Part shown: piece by piece, positions 27,130 to 36,164 of the stretch
How the letters are laid out: every line of letters begins with the position of its first letter
How positions within the stretch are numbered: position 1 is the first letter of the stretch
NCBI GenBank assembly: GCA_964590475.1
Contig: CAZPWN010000002.1
Coordinates: 1 to 45,283 of the forward strand
Length of the DNA stretch: 45,283 bases
Source of the DNA: an uncultured bacterium
GTDB taxonomy: Bacteria > Deinococcota > Deinococci > Deinococcales > Trueperaceae
Direction of reading: 5' to 3'
The notes under the pieces: model-generated
The model's input: only the letters and a program-made list of their open reading frames with translations
Told to the model about the DNA's origin: nothing
Databases searched by the model: none
Translations under genes and position numbers: made by a program

Positions 27130-29214
27130 TCAGCCGCCTAGCCGGCTTACCAGGTCGTCCAGGCGCTGCTGCAGCGCGTCCCTCTCCTCCTGCTGCTCAC
27201 GCCCCAGCTGACGCAGTTCCTGCAGGGTGTCCTCCTGCTCGGTCAGCTCCGTGACGTAGCGCCGGTAGAGGTCTGAGTCGCGGTCCAGCGCGGCCATGTT
27301 GGACCTTATGCGCTGCTGCTCCTGGAAGAGGACCTGGATCTCGTTCCGGGTGCGCTCGGCGGCGCGGTCGACCGCAGCCAGCTCACGCTGCAGGTTCACG
27401 ATCCGGTCGAGCGTGGCGCGGTCCTCTGCGGACAGCTCGACGTTCTCGAGGAAGAAGACGAGGCGGTCCGACGCCAGGTTGGCGAGAGTCAGGCTCTGCG
27501 AGTCGAGCCGCTCGGCCACGACCTCCAGGCTGCAGGCGTTGCCGGGGCGGCAGATCAGGTGCGTGGGCACCGAGCGGTCTTCGGGCACCGTGCCCCCTGC
27601 ACCCACCATGGCGATACCGAAGCGTGGGCGGCCGTTGGACAGCGGCGGTGCCGGGCGCGGCTCCACGATGTCGAAGCCGGGCATGGCCGGGGTCTGCACC
27701 ACCAGGAAGCGCCCGCCCTCCGGAACACCGCTGACCCTCACCTCGAACGTCTGGCGCGTCAGCTCCGTGACCTCGAGGACGTTGCCGCGGATGGCGGCCC
27801 GCGTGACGTCCGTGCTGCGGGCGCCGCTCTCCACGGTGACGGCGAGCTCCAGGTCCACCGCGAACGCCAGCAGGCGCTCCTCTTCCGGGAGCAGTTCCGG
27901 CAGCTGCGCGTTGCCCGCGAAGCCGACCTCGTCGTAGATGGTCACGCTGCCCGCCGCCAGCTGCAGGCCGGTGTCGTTGACCAGCCTTATGGCGTGGAGC
28001 GGGTGCCTGGCGTGGTTGCCCGAGTCGAACAGCGCCAGGCGCTCCGCGGTGACCTCGGCCACCACCAGCGGCACCAGTGCGGACTCGTTGCGGCCTATGG
28101 TCACCGGCTCTTCCACGTGGTAGGCGAAGCTCGAGGCGGTGGCGGCGGTCTGGGCCTGGCCCGTCACGCCCGCGCCGGACATCTGCGGCGCTGCCGCCAC
28201 GGGGGCGGGCGGGAAGACGCTGGCGTCGAAAGCGGACTCGCGCGCCATCCCGGCGAAGTCGGCGTCGGCTTGCCCCACGTCGATGCCCGGCACGAGGCCG
28301 CCGGTGGCCTTGACCTCCACCCGGGGGCGCACGGCCCACACCGGCTCGTACAGCGAGGTCACGAACGATATGGGCTGGCCCGCCACGAAGGAGAGCTGCA
28401 CGTTCTCGAGCGGTTCGTCCGTGGGGTTGTCCACGATGGCCCAGCCCTGCAGCGTGCCCTGGCCCTCGTCGCCCACCACGAGCCTGTAGGTGCTCTTCCA
28501 GACGGGCATCTCGCGCACGTAGCCCACGCGCACCTGGCGTTCGCCCTCGCCGCTGAAGCGCAGCCGCACGGTGGCGCTGTCGTCGTCGCGGTTGGCGACG
28601 ATGGTGGCGAGCGCCGCGTCTATCTCCGCAGCCAGCTCGGGGTCAAGGAACTGCACGGCGCTGACGTCCGCCAAAGCCACGCGCCTCACGCCACCGGCGG
28701 TGGCTACCGTCACGAAGGCGCGGGTCTCGCCCTCTTCCGTGCGCTGCTCCTCCACCCCAAGCAGGGCACCCTCGATGGTCGTGGGTCCCTCCAGCCTCAC
28801 CTGCTCGCCGCGCGCCTGGGCGAGCAGCTCCAGCAGGGTGACGTTGCTGCTGAGGTCGAGGGAGTAACCGTCCAGCAGGCGGCCCAGGGGCGCCTGCGAG
28901 CTGTACCTGACGGGCTCGATGGAACCGCCCCCGAGGTCCTGCAGCACGAGGCTCTGCAGGAAGTCGTCCATCTCGGCCTTTGGCAGGGTGAGGAGCATCT
29001 CCTGCTCGCCCCGCACCACCCCTGAGTGCTCGAAGTAGCCGACGCCGCTGGTGAAGAGCGCCAGGCGCGTGACCGGCAGGTCCAGCGCCGCGGCATCCCG
29101 TGCCGGCGCCTGAGCGCTCGCGAACCACGGAGCCAGGGTCAGAAGCGTTACGAGCAGGACGGCGCCGAACCGCCCTCGGCCAAGCCACCTTGTGCGCTGA
29201 TACATGGCAGGCAT
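27130..29214 (-). CDS. secreted DUF4139/TIGR02231-like protein with C-terminal coiled coil
   Basis: 694 aa, signal peptide ...LLVTLLTLAPWFASAQA. By recollection the following segments resemble DUF4139 family proteins: VTRLALFTSGVGYFEH, MPVWKSTYRLVV...LQGWAIVDNPTDEPLENVQLSFVAGQPISF. The last ~100 aa are heptad-rich. Confidence 0.55.
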   Translation of the reverse strand: MPAMYQRTRWLGRGRFGAVLLVTLLTLAPWFASAQAPARDAAALDLPVTRLALFTSGVGYFEHSGVVRGEQEMLLTLPKAEMDDFLQSLVLQDLGGGSIEPVRYSSQAPLGRLLDGYSLDLSSNVTLLELLAQARGEQVRLEGPTTIEGALLGVEEQRTEEGETRAFVTVATAGGVRRVALADVSAVQFLDPELAAEIDAALATIVANRDDDSATVRLRFSGEGERQVRVGYVREMPVWKSTYRLVVGDEGQGTLQGWAIVDNPTDEPLENVQLSFVAGQPISFVTSLYEPVWAVRPRVEVKATGGLVPGIDVGQADADFAGMARESAFDASVFPPAPVAAAPQMSGAGVTGQAQTAATASSFAYHVEEPVTIGRNESALVPLVVAEVTAERLALFDSGNHARHPLHAIRLVNDTGLQLAAGSVTIYDEVGFAGNAQLPELLPEEERLLAFAVDLELAVTVESGARSTDVTRAAIRGNVLEVTELTRQTFEVRVSGVPEGGRFLVVQTPAMPGFDIVEPRPAPPLSNGRPRFGIAMVGAGGTVPEDRSVPTHLICRPGNACSLEVVAERLDSQSLTLANLASDRLVFFLENVELSAEDRATLDRIVNLQRELAAVDRAAERTRNEIQVLFQEQQRIRSNMAALDRDSDLYRRYVTELTEQEDTLQELRQLGREQQEERDALQQRLDDLVSRLGG

Positions 29215-29383
29215 GTTACGCCACCGTCCCGGGCCGGACCATCTGCTCTCCGTCCGTCAGCTGGCCGTGTAATACATCGGTAAGAGCCTATTGACCATAC
29301 TGTTGCAGGTTGCCGTCAAGGGGAACGAAGCGAGGTCCCCGAAGCCTACGTACTACCCGCTCGGGAGGGCGCAGACGAGAGTA

Positions 29384-31543
29384 ATGAGGAACCGAAGCCA
29401 ACAACTGTTCGCCTGGGTGGGAGTTTACCTAGTGGTCTCCCTCCTGTGGTTCACCCAGGGCGACGCGCTGGTGGACCGCTTGGCTCTAGGCGACGGTTCC
29501 GGCCCCCTCCACACGCGGATCAAGGAGTACGTGTTCGTGCTGGTGTCGGCCGCCGTGTTCGGCGTGATCGCCTGGCGCCGGGCGGTCCTCGACCTACGCT
29601 CCGATCTGACCGTGCGCCGCCACCTCGAGGAGTCGGAGGCGCGCTTCCGGTCGCTGGTGCAGAACAGCAACGACATCATCAGCGTGGTCGACGAGAAGGG
29701 CGACATCATCTTCCAGACCGACGCCGTCTCCCGCGTGCTGGGGTGGACCACCGCGGACGAGGACGCGGGCTGGTACCGGGTGCACGAGGACGACATGCCG
29801 AACCTCCGCACCGCCCTGGCTCAGGCGCGCACCGCCGCCGGGGCGCAGGCTTCATTCGTCTACCGCTGCCTGCACGCCGACGGCTCCTGGCGCTGGCTCG
29901 AATCCACCGCCGTCAACCTGGCAGACGATCCGGCCGTAGGCGGCCTCGTGATCCACACCCGTGACGTGACCGCCAACCGCCTGGCGGAGGAGCGTCTCCG
30001 CGCCGAAACCGAGTTCACCAACCGCATCATCGACAGCCTGCCGGGCCTCTTCTACGCCGTCGACGGCACCGGCAAGGTCGTGCGCGCCAACCGCGCTTTC
30101 GCCGCCACGCTCGGTTACGTCAGCGACGGCCTGAACTACGTTCACCCCTTCGACCTGTTCGTGGAGGAGGACCAGGAGCGCATCGCCGCGGCCGCGACCC
30201 AGGTGTTCGAGGAGGGGTCGGCCAGCATCGAGGCGTCGTTCCGCACCGCCGACGGGCGCACCGTGCCCTACTCGCTGACCGGCATGCGCGTCGAGACCGC
30301 GACCGGGCCGCTCGTCGTCGGCACGGGGCTCGACATCTCGGAGCAGGTCGAATCGCGCAAGCGCATCGAGGAGCTGAACCGCGAACTCAACCACCGCCTG
30401 GGGCACATCACGGCGCTGCGCGAGATCGACAACGCCATAGTGGGCAGCCTCGACCGCTCCGCGCTGCTGAACCGCATCCTCCACCAGATCGGCGACCGGC
30501 TGAAGGTGGACGCCGCCAGCGTGCTGCTCTACAGCGAGAAGTTGGGCCGCCTCCGCATGGGCGCCTCCATCGGCCTGGGGGCGGTCACCCGCCAGAAGAC
30601 CGACCTGCAACTCGGCGAGGACTTAGCCGGCCGCGCGGGCCTGGAGCGCCGCACCGTGGTGGTCAACGGCCGTGAGAGGGTGGCCAGCGCACTGGCGCCC
30701 GCTCGCGGCCTGGCGGACGTCGGTTTCGAGTCGTACATCGCCACGCCGCTCGTGGCCAAGGGGCAGCTGCTGGGAGTCCTGGAGGTGTTCGAATGCCAGG
30801 AGACCAAGCGCAGCGACGACTGGCACGACGTGCTGGCAGCCCTGGCCACCCAGTCGGCCCTGGCGCTCGAGAACACCAACCTGGTGGAGTCGCTGCAGCG
30901 CAGCAACTCGGAGATCCTGGCGGCCTACGAGCGCACCATCGAAGGCTGGTCGCGCGCGCTAGACCTGCGTGACGAGGAGACCGAAGGCCATAGCCGCCGT
31001 GTAACGGAGCAGACCGTGAGGTTGGCCGAACGCTTCGGCATCCCCGACGAGCAGCTCGTGCACGTGCGCCGTGGCGCGCTCCTGCACGACATCGGCAAGA
31101 TGGGCGTGCCCGACCACGTGCTCCGTAAGCCGGGTCCACTGACGGATCCGGAGTGGGAGCTCATGAAGCAGCACCCCGACTTCGCCTACGAGCTGCTGTT
31201 GCCCATCGATTTCTTGCGCTCCGCGCTGGACATCCCCTACTCACACCACGAGAGGTGGGACGGCTCGGGCTACCCCCGCGGGCTGAAGGGCGAGGAGATC
31301 CCTCTCAGCGCGCGCATCTTCGCGGTGGTGGACGTGTACGACGCGTTGACGTCGGACCGGCCGTACCGTCCGGCCTGGAAGAAGGCCCGCGCTCTCGAAT
31401 ACCTCCAGGAGAGCGCAGGAGTGCTCTTCGATCCCGCCGTGGTGACGGAGTTCGTGAGCATGCTGGGTGAGGAGCTAACGGCCGAACGGCCCGCGGTCCT
31501 CGAGAGCGCGGTTCAGTCCCGCCGTATCTCGTTGTCGCGCTGA
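29384..31543 (+). CDS. signal-transduction protein: TM - PAS - PAS - GAF - HD-GYP (putative c-di-GMP phosphodiesterase)
   Basis: 719 aa from the ATG at 29384 (a TTG at 29291 is also possible). PAS-like segments are SRFRSLVQNSNDIISVVDEKGDIIF and FTNRIIDSLPGLFYAVDGTGKVV. The GAF segment is LREIDNAIVGSLD...VDAASVLLY. The HD-GYP core is GHSRRV...LLHDIGKMGVPD...HHERWDGSGYPRGL. Confidence 0.9.
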   Translation: MRNRSQQLFAWVGVYLVVSLLWFTQGDALVDRLALGDGSGPLHTRIKEYVFVLVSAAVFGVIAWRRAVLDLRSDLTVRRHLEESEARFRSLVQNSNDIISVVDEKGDIIFQTDAVSRVLGWTTADEDAGWYRVHEDDMPNLRTALAQARTAAGAQASFVYRCLHADGSWRWLESTAVNLADDPAVGGLVIHTRDVTANRLAEERLRAETEFTNRIIDSLPGLFYAVDGTGKVVRANRAFAATLGYVSDGLNYVHPFDLFVEEDQERIAAAATQVFEEGSASIEASFRTADGRTVPYSLTGMRVETATGPLVVGTGLDISEQVESRKRIEELNRELNHRLGHITALREIDNAIVGSLDRSALLNRILHQIGDRLKVDAASVLLYSEKLGRLRMGASIGLGAVTRQKTDLQLGEDLAGRAGLERRTVVVNGRERVASALAPARGLADVGFESYIATPLVAKGQLLGVLEVFECQETKRSDDWHDVLAALATQSALALENTNLVESLQRSNSEILAAYERTIEGWSRALDLRDEETEGHSRRVTEQTVRLAERFGIPDEQLVHVRRGALLHDIGKMGVPDHVLRKPGPLTDPEWELMKQHPDFAYELLLPIDFLRSALDIPYSHHERWDGSGYPRGLKGEEIPLSARIFAVVDVYDALTSDRPYRPAWKKARALEYLQESAGVLFDPAVVTEFVSMLGEELTAERPAVLESAVQSRRISLSR

Positions 31544-32106
31544 TCGTGGTCGCGGTTCAGCCGGGTCTGGCGGCGCTGACCGCCGTCCATCATGTCCGAG
31601 GCGGTCACCTCGTCGACGGAGCCGTCGTCCATCTCCGCGGCCGTGACCTCTTCCACGGAGCCGTCACGCGCGTGCCAACCGCTGCGCACCGGTCCCCGTT
31701 CCACTAGTTCCTTGAAGCGCTTGAGATCGCCCTCGATACGGCCGTTCACCACGCCGAGCATGGAGCCGACGTTCTCGATGAAGCCCTCGGGCTCGTACTC
31801 GATGTGCAGGTTCACACGCGTCCGGTCGTCGCTCAGCCGGTCGAAGGTAACGCGACCTGCGTTGCGGGAGCCCGACACGCTCTGCCAGGCCACGGCGTTG
31901 CTCGGGGCCTGCTCCGTGACCTGCGCGATCCATTCCTCGTCGCGGCCGGCGATGTTGGCGTGCCAGCGGAGGCGGTCATCCGACAGCCTTTCCACGCTCT
32001 CAACGCCTTCCATGAACGAGGGGAAGCTCTCGAAGTCGCTGAACATCATGTACGCTTCCGCCACCGGTACGTCCACATCTATAGATTTCTCGAAGCTGGC
32101 CATCAT
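31513..32106 (-). CDS. SRPBCC (cyclase/dehydrase-like) family protein with acidic repeat tail
   Basis: 197 aa from the ATGATG at 32101..32106, preceded by AAGGGAGA. MMASFEKSIDVDVPVAEAYMMFSDFESFPSFMEGVESVE fits the polyketide_cyc2/SRPBCC N-terminus. The tail holds DGSVEEVTAAEM / DGSVDEVTASDM tandem 12-mers. Confidence 0.75.
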   Translation of the reverse strand: MMASFEKSIDVDVPVAEAYMMFSDFESFPSFMEGVESVERLSDDRLRWHANIAGRDEEWIAQVTEQAPSNAVAWQSVSGSRNAGRVTFDRLSDDRTRVNLHIEYEPEGFIENVGSMLGVVNGRIEGDLKRFKELVERGPVRSGWHARDGSVEEVTAAEMDDGSVDEVTASDMMDGGQRRQTRLNRDHDQRDNEIRRD

Positions 32107-32339
32107 GGTCTCCCTTCGGAATCCGTGTTCGTGTCTTACACAGGGAGGGTACGGGCGGCCTACATGGGAAAGGTTGTATCTAGCTGAGAAGCCGATGCGT
32201 ATTGTCATCTCCTTCTCACACCCCGAAGTGCCCGATGCCACCAACCGGCGCTTCCAGGTAGGTCACTCTTATGGGACCGTGTGGGCGTAGCGCCCGGCCG
32301 GGGGCCCGGGTCACGACTGCCATGGTGGGGAGGTACGGA

Positions 32340-34490
32340 GTGAGCCGCCCGATCGGTCCGGAACCGCTCGAGCAACTGAAACGGCAACGCAGCCGGACGG
32401 TGCAGGTGCTGCTCTGGCTGCTGCTGGTGGTGATGGTGGGGGCGTTGACGCTGAACGCCGTGGTCCTGGGCCGGGCCATGCTCACGCTCGACGGCCTGCT
32501 GCCCAACCTGACCTTCGTCGTCATGCTGCTGGTGGGCCTATGGCTCAACCGAACGGGCCGCTTCAGGGTAGCGGTGTGGATGATCGTGCTCGTCACGCTG
32601 CTGGCGGGAGTGTGGGGGTTGCTCCAGACCGGCGTGGAGGGTGGAGAGCTCTCCCTGCTCATACTCTTCCTGCCGCTCGTGCTAGCGGGCCTCCTCCTGG
32701 GGCGCGCGGCGCTGCTGGCGTGCGCGGGTGTGACCCTCATCGGCGTGACCATAGCGCCTTTCCTGCACGGTTCAGCCCCCCTCCTGGGCTCGAGCGACCC
32801 TTCGAGCTCCGACTGGATCACCGTGCTGCAGTTCGTCATCGTGTACGTGGCGGTGGCGGTACTGCTCGACCGCTTCGGCCTGATGTTCTACAGCGCGCTG
32901 CACACCGCCACCGCGCAGGAGGCCCTCATATACGACCAGGCCAAACAGCGGCAACTCGACCACCAAGCCCTCGACGAGGGCCAGCGCCTCAACGACGCCA
33001 TAGTGGCCAACCTGCCGGGGGTCTACTTCCTGGTCGACCAGGAGGGACGCTTCCGCCGCATCAACCGCAACACCGACAACAGCCTCGGTTACAGCGCAGG
33101 CGAGTTGCAGGAGCTCGGGATCGAGAACCTCATACCGAGCGAGGAGCAGCACAGAGCGTGGGCGCGGATGAGCCAAGCCTTCGAGCAGGGCTACGCCGCC
33201 GACGCGATCACCCTCGTGGCCAAGGACGGCAGCCGCGTGCCGTTCTACGTCCGGGGAACCCGCGTCACGCTGGGTGGCGAGGAGTACGTGGTGGGGCTCG
33301 GCATAGACCGTAGCGAGCTCGATGAGGCGCAGGCCCGGGTACAGCTCCTCAACATCGAGCTGGAGGAGCGCCTGGACCGCATCACGGCTCTGCGCGAGGT
33401 GGACAACTCGATGGCGGGCGGCCTCGACCTGAGCCAGACGCTCACCGTGGTGCTGCAGCAGGTCATGGAGCGGCTGCAGGTGGACGCCGCCTCGGTCCTG
33501 CTCTACCGCAGCAACGTCGGCACGCTGCGTTACGGCGCCAGTCGCGGCTTCCGGCGCCAGGCGCTGCGGCGCACCGAGCTGCGGCTGGGCGAGGGCCTGG
33601 CCGGCCGGGCCGCCGCCACCCGCGAGATCTTCGCGCTGCACGGGCGGCCCGAGTTCGCCCGCGCCTTCGCGGACGCTTCTTCGTTGCAGAACGAGGAGTT
33701 CGAGTCGTACATGGCGGTGCCGCTCATCAGCCGCGGGCACTTGCAGGGCGTGCTGGAGCTGTTCAACTACACGGAACTCGTGCCGACCGAGGACTGGTCC
33801 GACTTCCTGGCCGCACTCGCCACGCAGGCGGCCAACGCCATCAGCGCGGCGCGCGTGCTCGATAACTTAGGGCGCGCCAACGAGGAGCTGCTCCTGGCCT
33901 ACGAGACCACCATCGAAGGCTGGGCGCGGGCCCTGGACCTGAAGGACGAGGAGACCGAGGGGCACAGCCGGCGAGTCACCGACCTCACCACGCGCCTGGC
34001 GCGGCGCATGGGCATCTCGGAGGAGGAGATCGTGCACGTGCGCCGCGGCGCCCTGCTGCACGACATAGGCAAGATGGCCATCCCGGACGACATCCTCCTC
34101 AAGCCCGGGAAGCTGAACGAAGAGGAGTGGGCGCTCATGAAGATGCACACGGTGTTCGCCCGCGACTTCCTCGAGCCCATACCGTTCCTGCAGCCGGCGC
34201 TGGCCATCCCGTACAGCCACCACGAGAAGTACGACGGTTCGGGCTATCCGGACGGCCTGGCAGGGGAGAAGATCCCGCTGGAGGCGCGGCTCTTCGCGGT
34301 GGTGGACGTGTACGACGCCCTCACCTCGGATAGGCCCTACCGCAAGGCGTGGAGCGAGGAGCGCGCTCTGAGCTACATAAAGGGCGAGTCCGGCAAGCAC
34401 TTCGACCCCGTAGTGGTGGGCGAGTTCCTGCAACTGATGCGGCCGGCTGAGCGCGGACCCGAGGCCGGGCGCACACTCAAGCAGAGGTGA
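32340..34490 (+). CDS. signal-transduction protein: multi-TM - PAS - GAF - HD-GYP (paralog of 29384..31543)
   Basis: The GTG at 32340 has a GGGGAGG SD 6 nt upstream; an in-frame ATG at 32322 is the alternative. About 716 aa. The N-terminus is hydrophobic, followed by PAS (IVANLPGVYFLVDQEGRFRRIN) and GAF. The HD-GYP core is GHSRRV...LLHDIGKMAIPD...HHEKYDGSGYPDGL. Confidence 0.9.
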   Translation: MSRPIGPEPLEQLKRQRSRTVQVLLWLLLVVMVGALTLNAVVLGRAMLTLDGLLPNLTFVVMLLVGLWLNRTGRFRVAVWMIVLVTLLAGVWGLLQTGVEGGELSLLILFLPLVLAGLLLGRAALLACAGVTLIGVTIAPFLHGSAPLLGSSDPSSSDWITVLQFVIVYVAVAVLLDRFGLMFYSALHTATAQEALIYDQAKQRQLDHQALDEGQRLNDAIVANLPGVYFLVDQEGRFRRINRNTDNSLGYSAGELQELGIENLIPSEEQHRAWARMSQAFEQGYAADAITLVAKDGSRVPFYVRGTRVTLGGEEYVVGLGIDRSELDEAQARVQLLNIELEERLDRITALREVDNSMAGGLDLSQTLTVVLQQVMERLQVDAASVLLYRSNVGTLRYGASRGFRRQALRRTELRLGEGLAGRAAATREIFALHGRPEFARAFADASSLQNEEFESYMAVPLISRGHLQGVLELFNYTELVPTEDWSDFLAALATQAANAISAARVLDNLGRANEELLLAYETTIEGWARALDLKDEETEGHSRRVTDLTTRLARRMGISEEEIVHVRRGALLHDIGKMAIPDDILLKPGKLNEEEWALMKMHTVFARDFLEPIPFLQPALAIPYSHHEKYDGSGYPDGLAGEKIPLEARLFAVVDVYDALTSDRPYRKAWSEERALSYIKGESGKHFDPVVVGEFLQLMRPAERGPEAGRTLKQR

Positions 34491-34495
34491 CAGGC

Positions 34496-34966
34496 GTGAG
34501 CTTCGTTCAGAAACTGATAGGCGCGGGCTTGAGGCCGCATGTGCGGCGCAAGGCGCGCGGCAAGAGCCTGGCGGACGTCATCACCGGGCTGCGGGCCTCC
34601 TTCGACGAAGTGATACTGCCGCGCATGGAGCGGGTCACCGACACGCCCGCCAACCGCGAGGCGGTCAACCACTGGATCGGCATCGAGAGATGGAGCCTCT
34701 CACGCGTGCGTGTGGCGCTGGGCGAACCGTTCGTGGAGGGCAGTTACCACCCGTACAGGCAGCCGGAAGGCACCCCCTGGCAGGAGCTCAAGGAGGAGTT
34801 CAGGCGCGCGCGAAGCGAGACGCTGGAACTGGCCGACACCTTGGCGCAGCGCGGCTTCGATCAGGAGCTGACGGTGCGCCACAACGACCTCGGCCCCCTG
34901 ACGGTCGTGGAGTGGTTCGTGTACATAGACGATCACAGCCGCAGGGAGGTCATACGCCTGCGCTGA
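34496..34966 (+). CDS. hypothetical protein, possibly DinB-like four-helix bundle
   Basis: The ORF has normal composition. The GTG at 34496 has GAGG 8 nt upstream; an in-frame GTG at 34487 would overlap the HD-GYP stop as GTGA. The family call rests only on weak His-containing segments (NHWIGIERW, DDHSRRE). Confidence 0.4.
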   Translation: MSFVQKLIGAGLRPHVRRKARGKSLADVITGLRASFDEVILPRMERVTDTPANREAVNHWIGIERWSLSRVRVALGEPFVEGSYHPYRQPEGTPWQELKEEFRRARSETLELADTLAQRGFDQELTVRHNDLGPLTVVEWFVYIDDHSRREVIRLR

Positions 34967-34979
34967 GAGCGCTCAGCGC
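34960..34979. terminator. hairpin spanning both stop codons of convergent genes
   Basis: GCGCTGAG (34960..34967) / CTCAGCGC (34972..34979), 8-bp perfect stem with a 4-nt loop. The arms contain the TGA of the plus-strand gene (34964..34966) and the tca of the minus-strand gene (34973..34975). Confidence 0.45.
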
Positions 34980-35422
34980 GCCTCCTCGGTGGGGATGACC
35001 GCTATCTGCCCGTTGGACTGCAGGATGGCCCACTTGATCTGCTCCAGCTTGTCGTAACCCTGCAGCTGGATGGACGAGAGCAACTCGTCGGGCGTGATGC
35101 GCTCCTTGCGCATGTTGCGCTCCACCATCCGGCCCTCGTACGCCAGCACGCTGGGGGTGCTCTCCACCACGCGCTCCGCCCGCGGGTTCAGGTAAGTGAC
35201 GATGGAGTTGAGGAAGACCAGCACCAGCAGGGTGCAGGTGGCCACGAGCGAGTTGGTGAGGGACGGGTCGTGGCCGATGAGCGCCTCCTGCAGCAGCTCG
35301 GGGATGAGCAGCAGCATGATCAGCTCTATGGGCGTGATCTCGCTGAACTCCCGCTTGCCCATCACCCTGAGGGCGAAGAGCAGGAACAGGTAGACGAACA
35401 GCACCCGCAGCACGGTCTCCAT
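34973..35422 (-). CDS. DUF421 (YetF-like) membrane protein
   Basis: 149 aa. METVLRVLFVYLFLLFALRVMGKREFSEITPIELIMLLLI... followed by RITPDELLSSIQLQGYDKLEQIKWAILQSNGQIAVI matches the DUF421/YetF pattern. Confidence 0.8.
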   Translation of the reverse strand: METVLRVLFVYLFLLFALRVMGKREFSEITPIELIMLLLIPELLQEALIGHDPSLTNSLVATCTLLVLVFLNSIVTYLNPRAERVVESTPSVLAYEGRMVERNMRKERITPDELLSSIQLQGYDKLEQIKWAILQSNGQIAVIPTEEAR

Positions 35423-35436
35423 GACAACCTCCCGCT

Positions 35437-36000
35437 TCAGGGCAAGCTGAAAGTGGTGAAATCGGCGCCCAGCCCGGGAGGGCCCGCGGCGCCACCCACC
35501 TCCACCCTTCCGGCGGTGCTCCCGTACTCGCCAGGGGTGAGCAGGGCCGTGGCCACCCGGCTAGCGCCGGCGGGCAGGGAGCCCAGCACGATCCGGTAGG
35601 CGTCCAGGCTCACGCTGTCCGCGCTCGGCCTCAGCTCGAACTCCTCGAACGACTCCAGGTAATCGCGTGGCAGGACGAGGTACACGTCCTCCAGCGGCGC
35701 TTGCCCCTGGTTGGAGACGGTGATGGTCAGCGGGACGGTTACGCCCGAATGGCTCCTGCGCGGGTAGCGGACCTCGAGCCGTAAGCCGTCTCCTTCGGCG
35801 CTTACCTCGTCGTGCGCTATGCCGACTACGCCGAAGAGCGCCAGCACGGGCAGCAGCGCGATGAGCGGCAGCCCCCACATCTGCAGAGGGGTCAGCAGGA
35901 GTCGGCGCCGCATCTCCGGCGCCTGGGGCGGGGACGGCACCTGGGAAGCGCCGTCATCCTCGCCTGCCTCGCTTCCTGCCTCAGTGGACGAGGGCCTCAA
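35437..36000 (-). CDS. single-pass membrane protein with beta-sandwich-like ectodomain (hypothetical)
   Basis: The TTG at 35998..36000 has GGAGGT 7 nt upstream; an ATG at 35913 is the alternative. One TM segment (WGLPLIALLPVLALFGVVGI) is followed by VTVPLTITVSNQGQAPLEDVYLVL, a CARDB-like strand pattern. It ends 14 nt upstream of the DUF421 gene. Confidence 0.55.
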   Translation of the reverse strand: MRPSSTEAGSEAGEDDGASQVPSPPQAPEMRRRLLLTPLQMWGLPLIALLPVLALFGVVGIAHDEVSAEGDGLRLEVRYPRRSHSGVTVPLTITVSNQGQAPLEDVYLVLPRDYLESFEEFELRPSADSVSLDAYRIVLGSLPAGASRVATALLTPGEYGSTAGRVEVGGAAGPPGLGADFTTFSLP

Positions 36001-36164
36001 TCTTCTACCTCCGTTCTACGGACCGCTCTCCTTGGCGGGTGTGCAGCGCGGGTGTACAGCTGATCAGGTCGAGTCTAGCGCCGCCCCCGGGCGGCGGCGG
36101 AGTGCCCGTCACCGAGGGCGGCACGAGTGTGCTGGCGGCGCCCCCGGCGCCGACGGTTGGCGGC

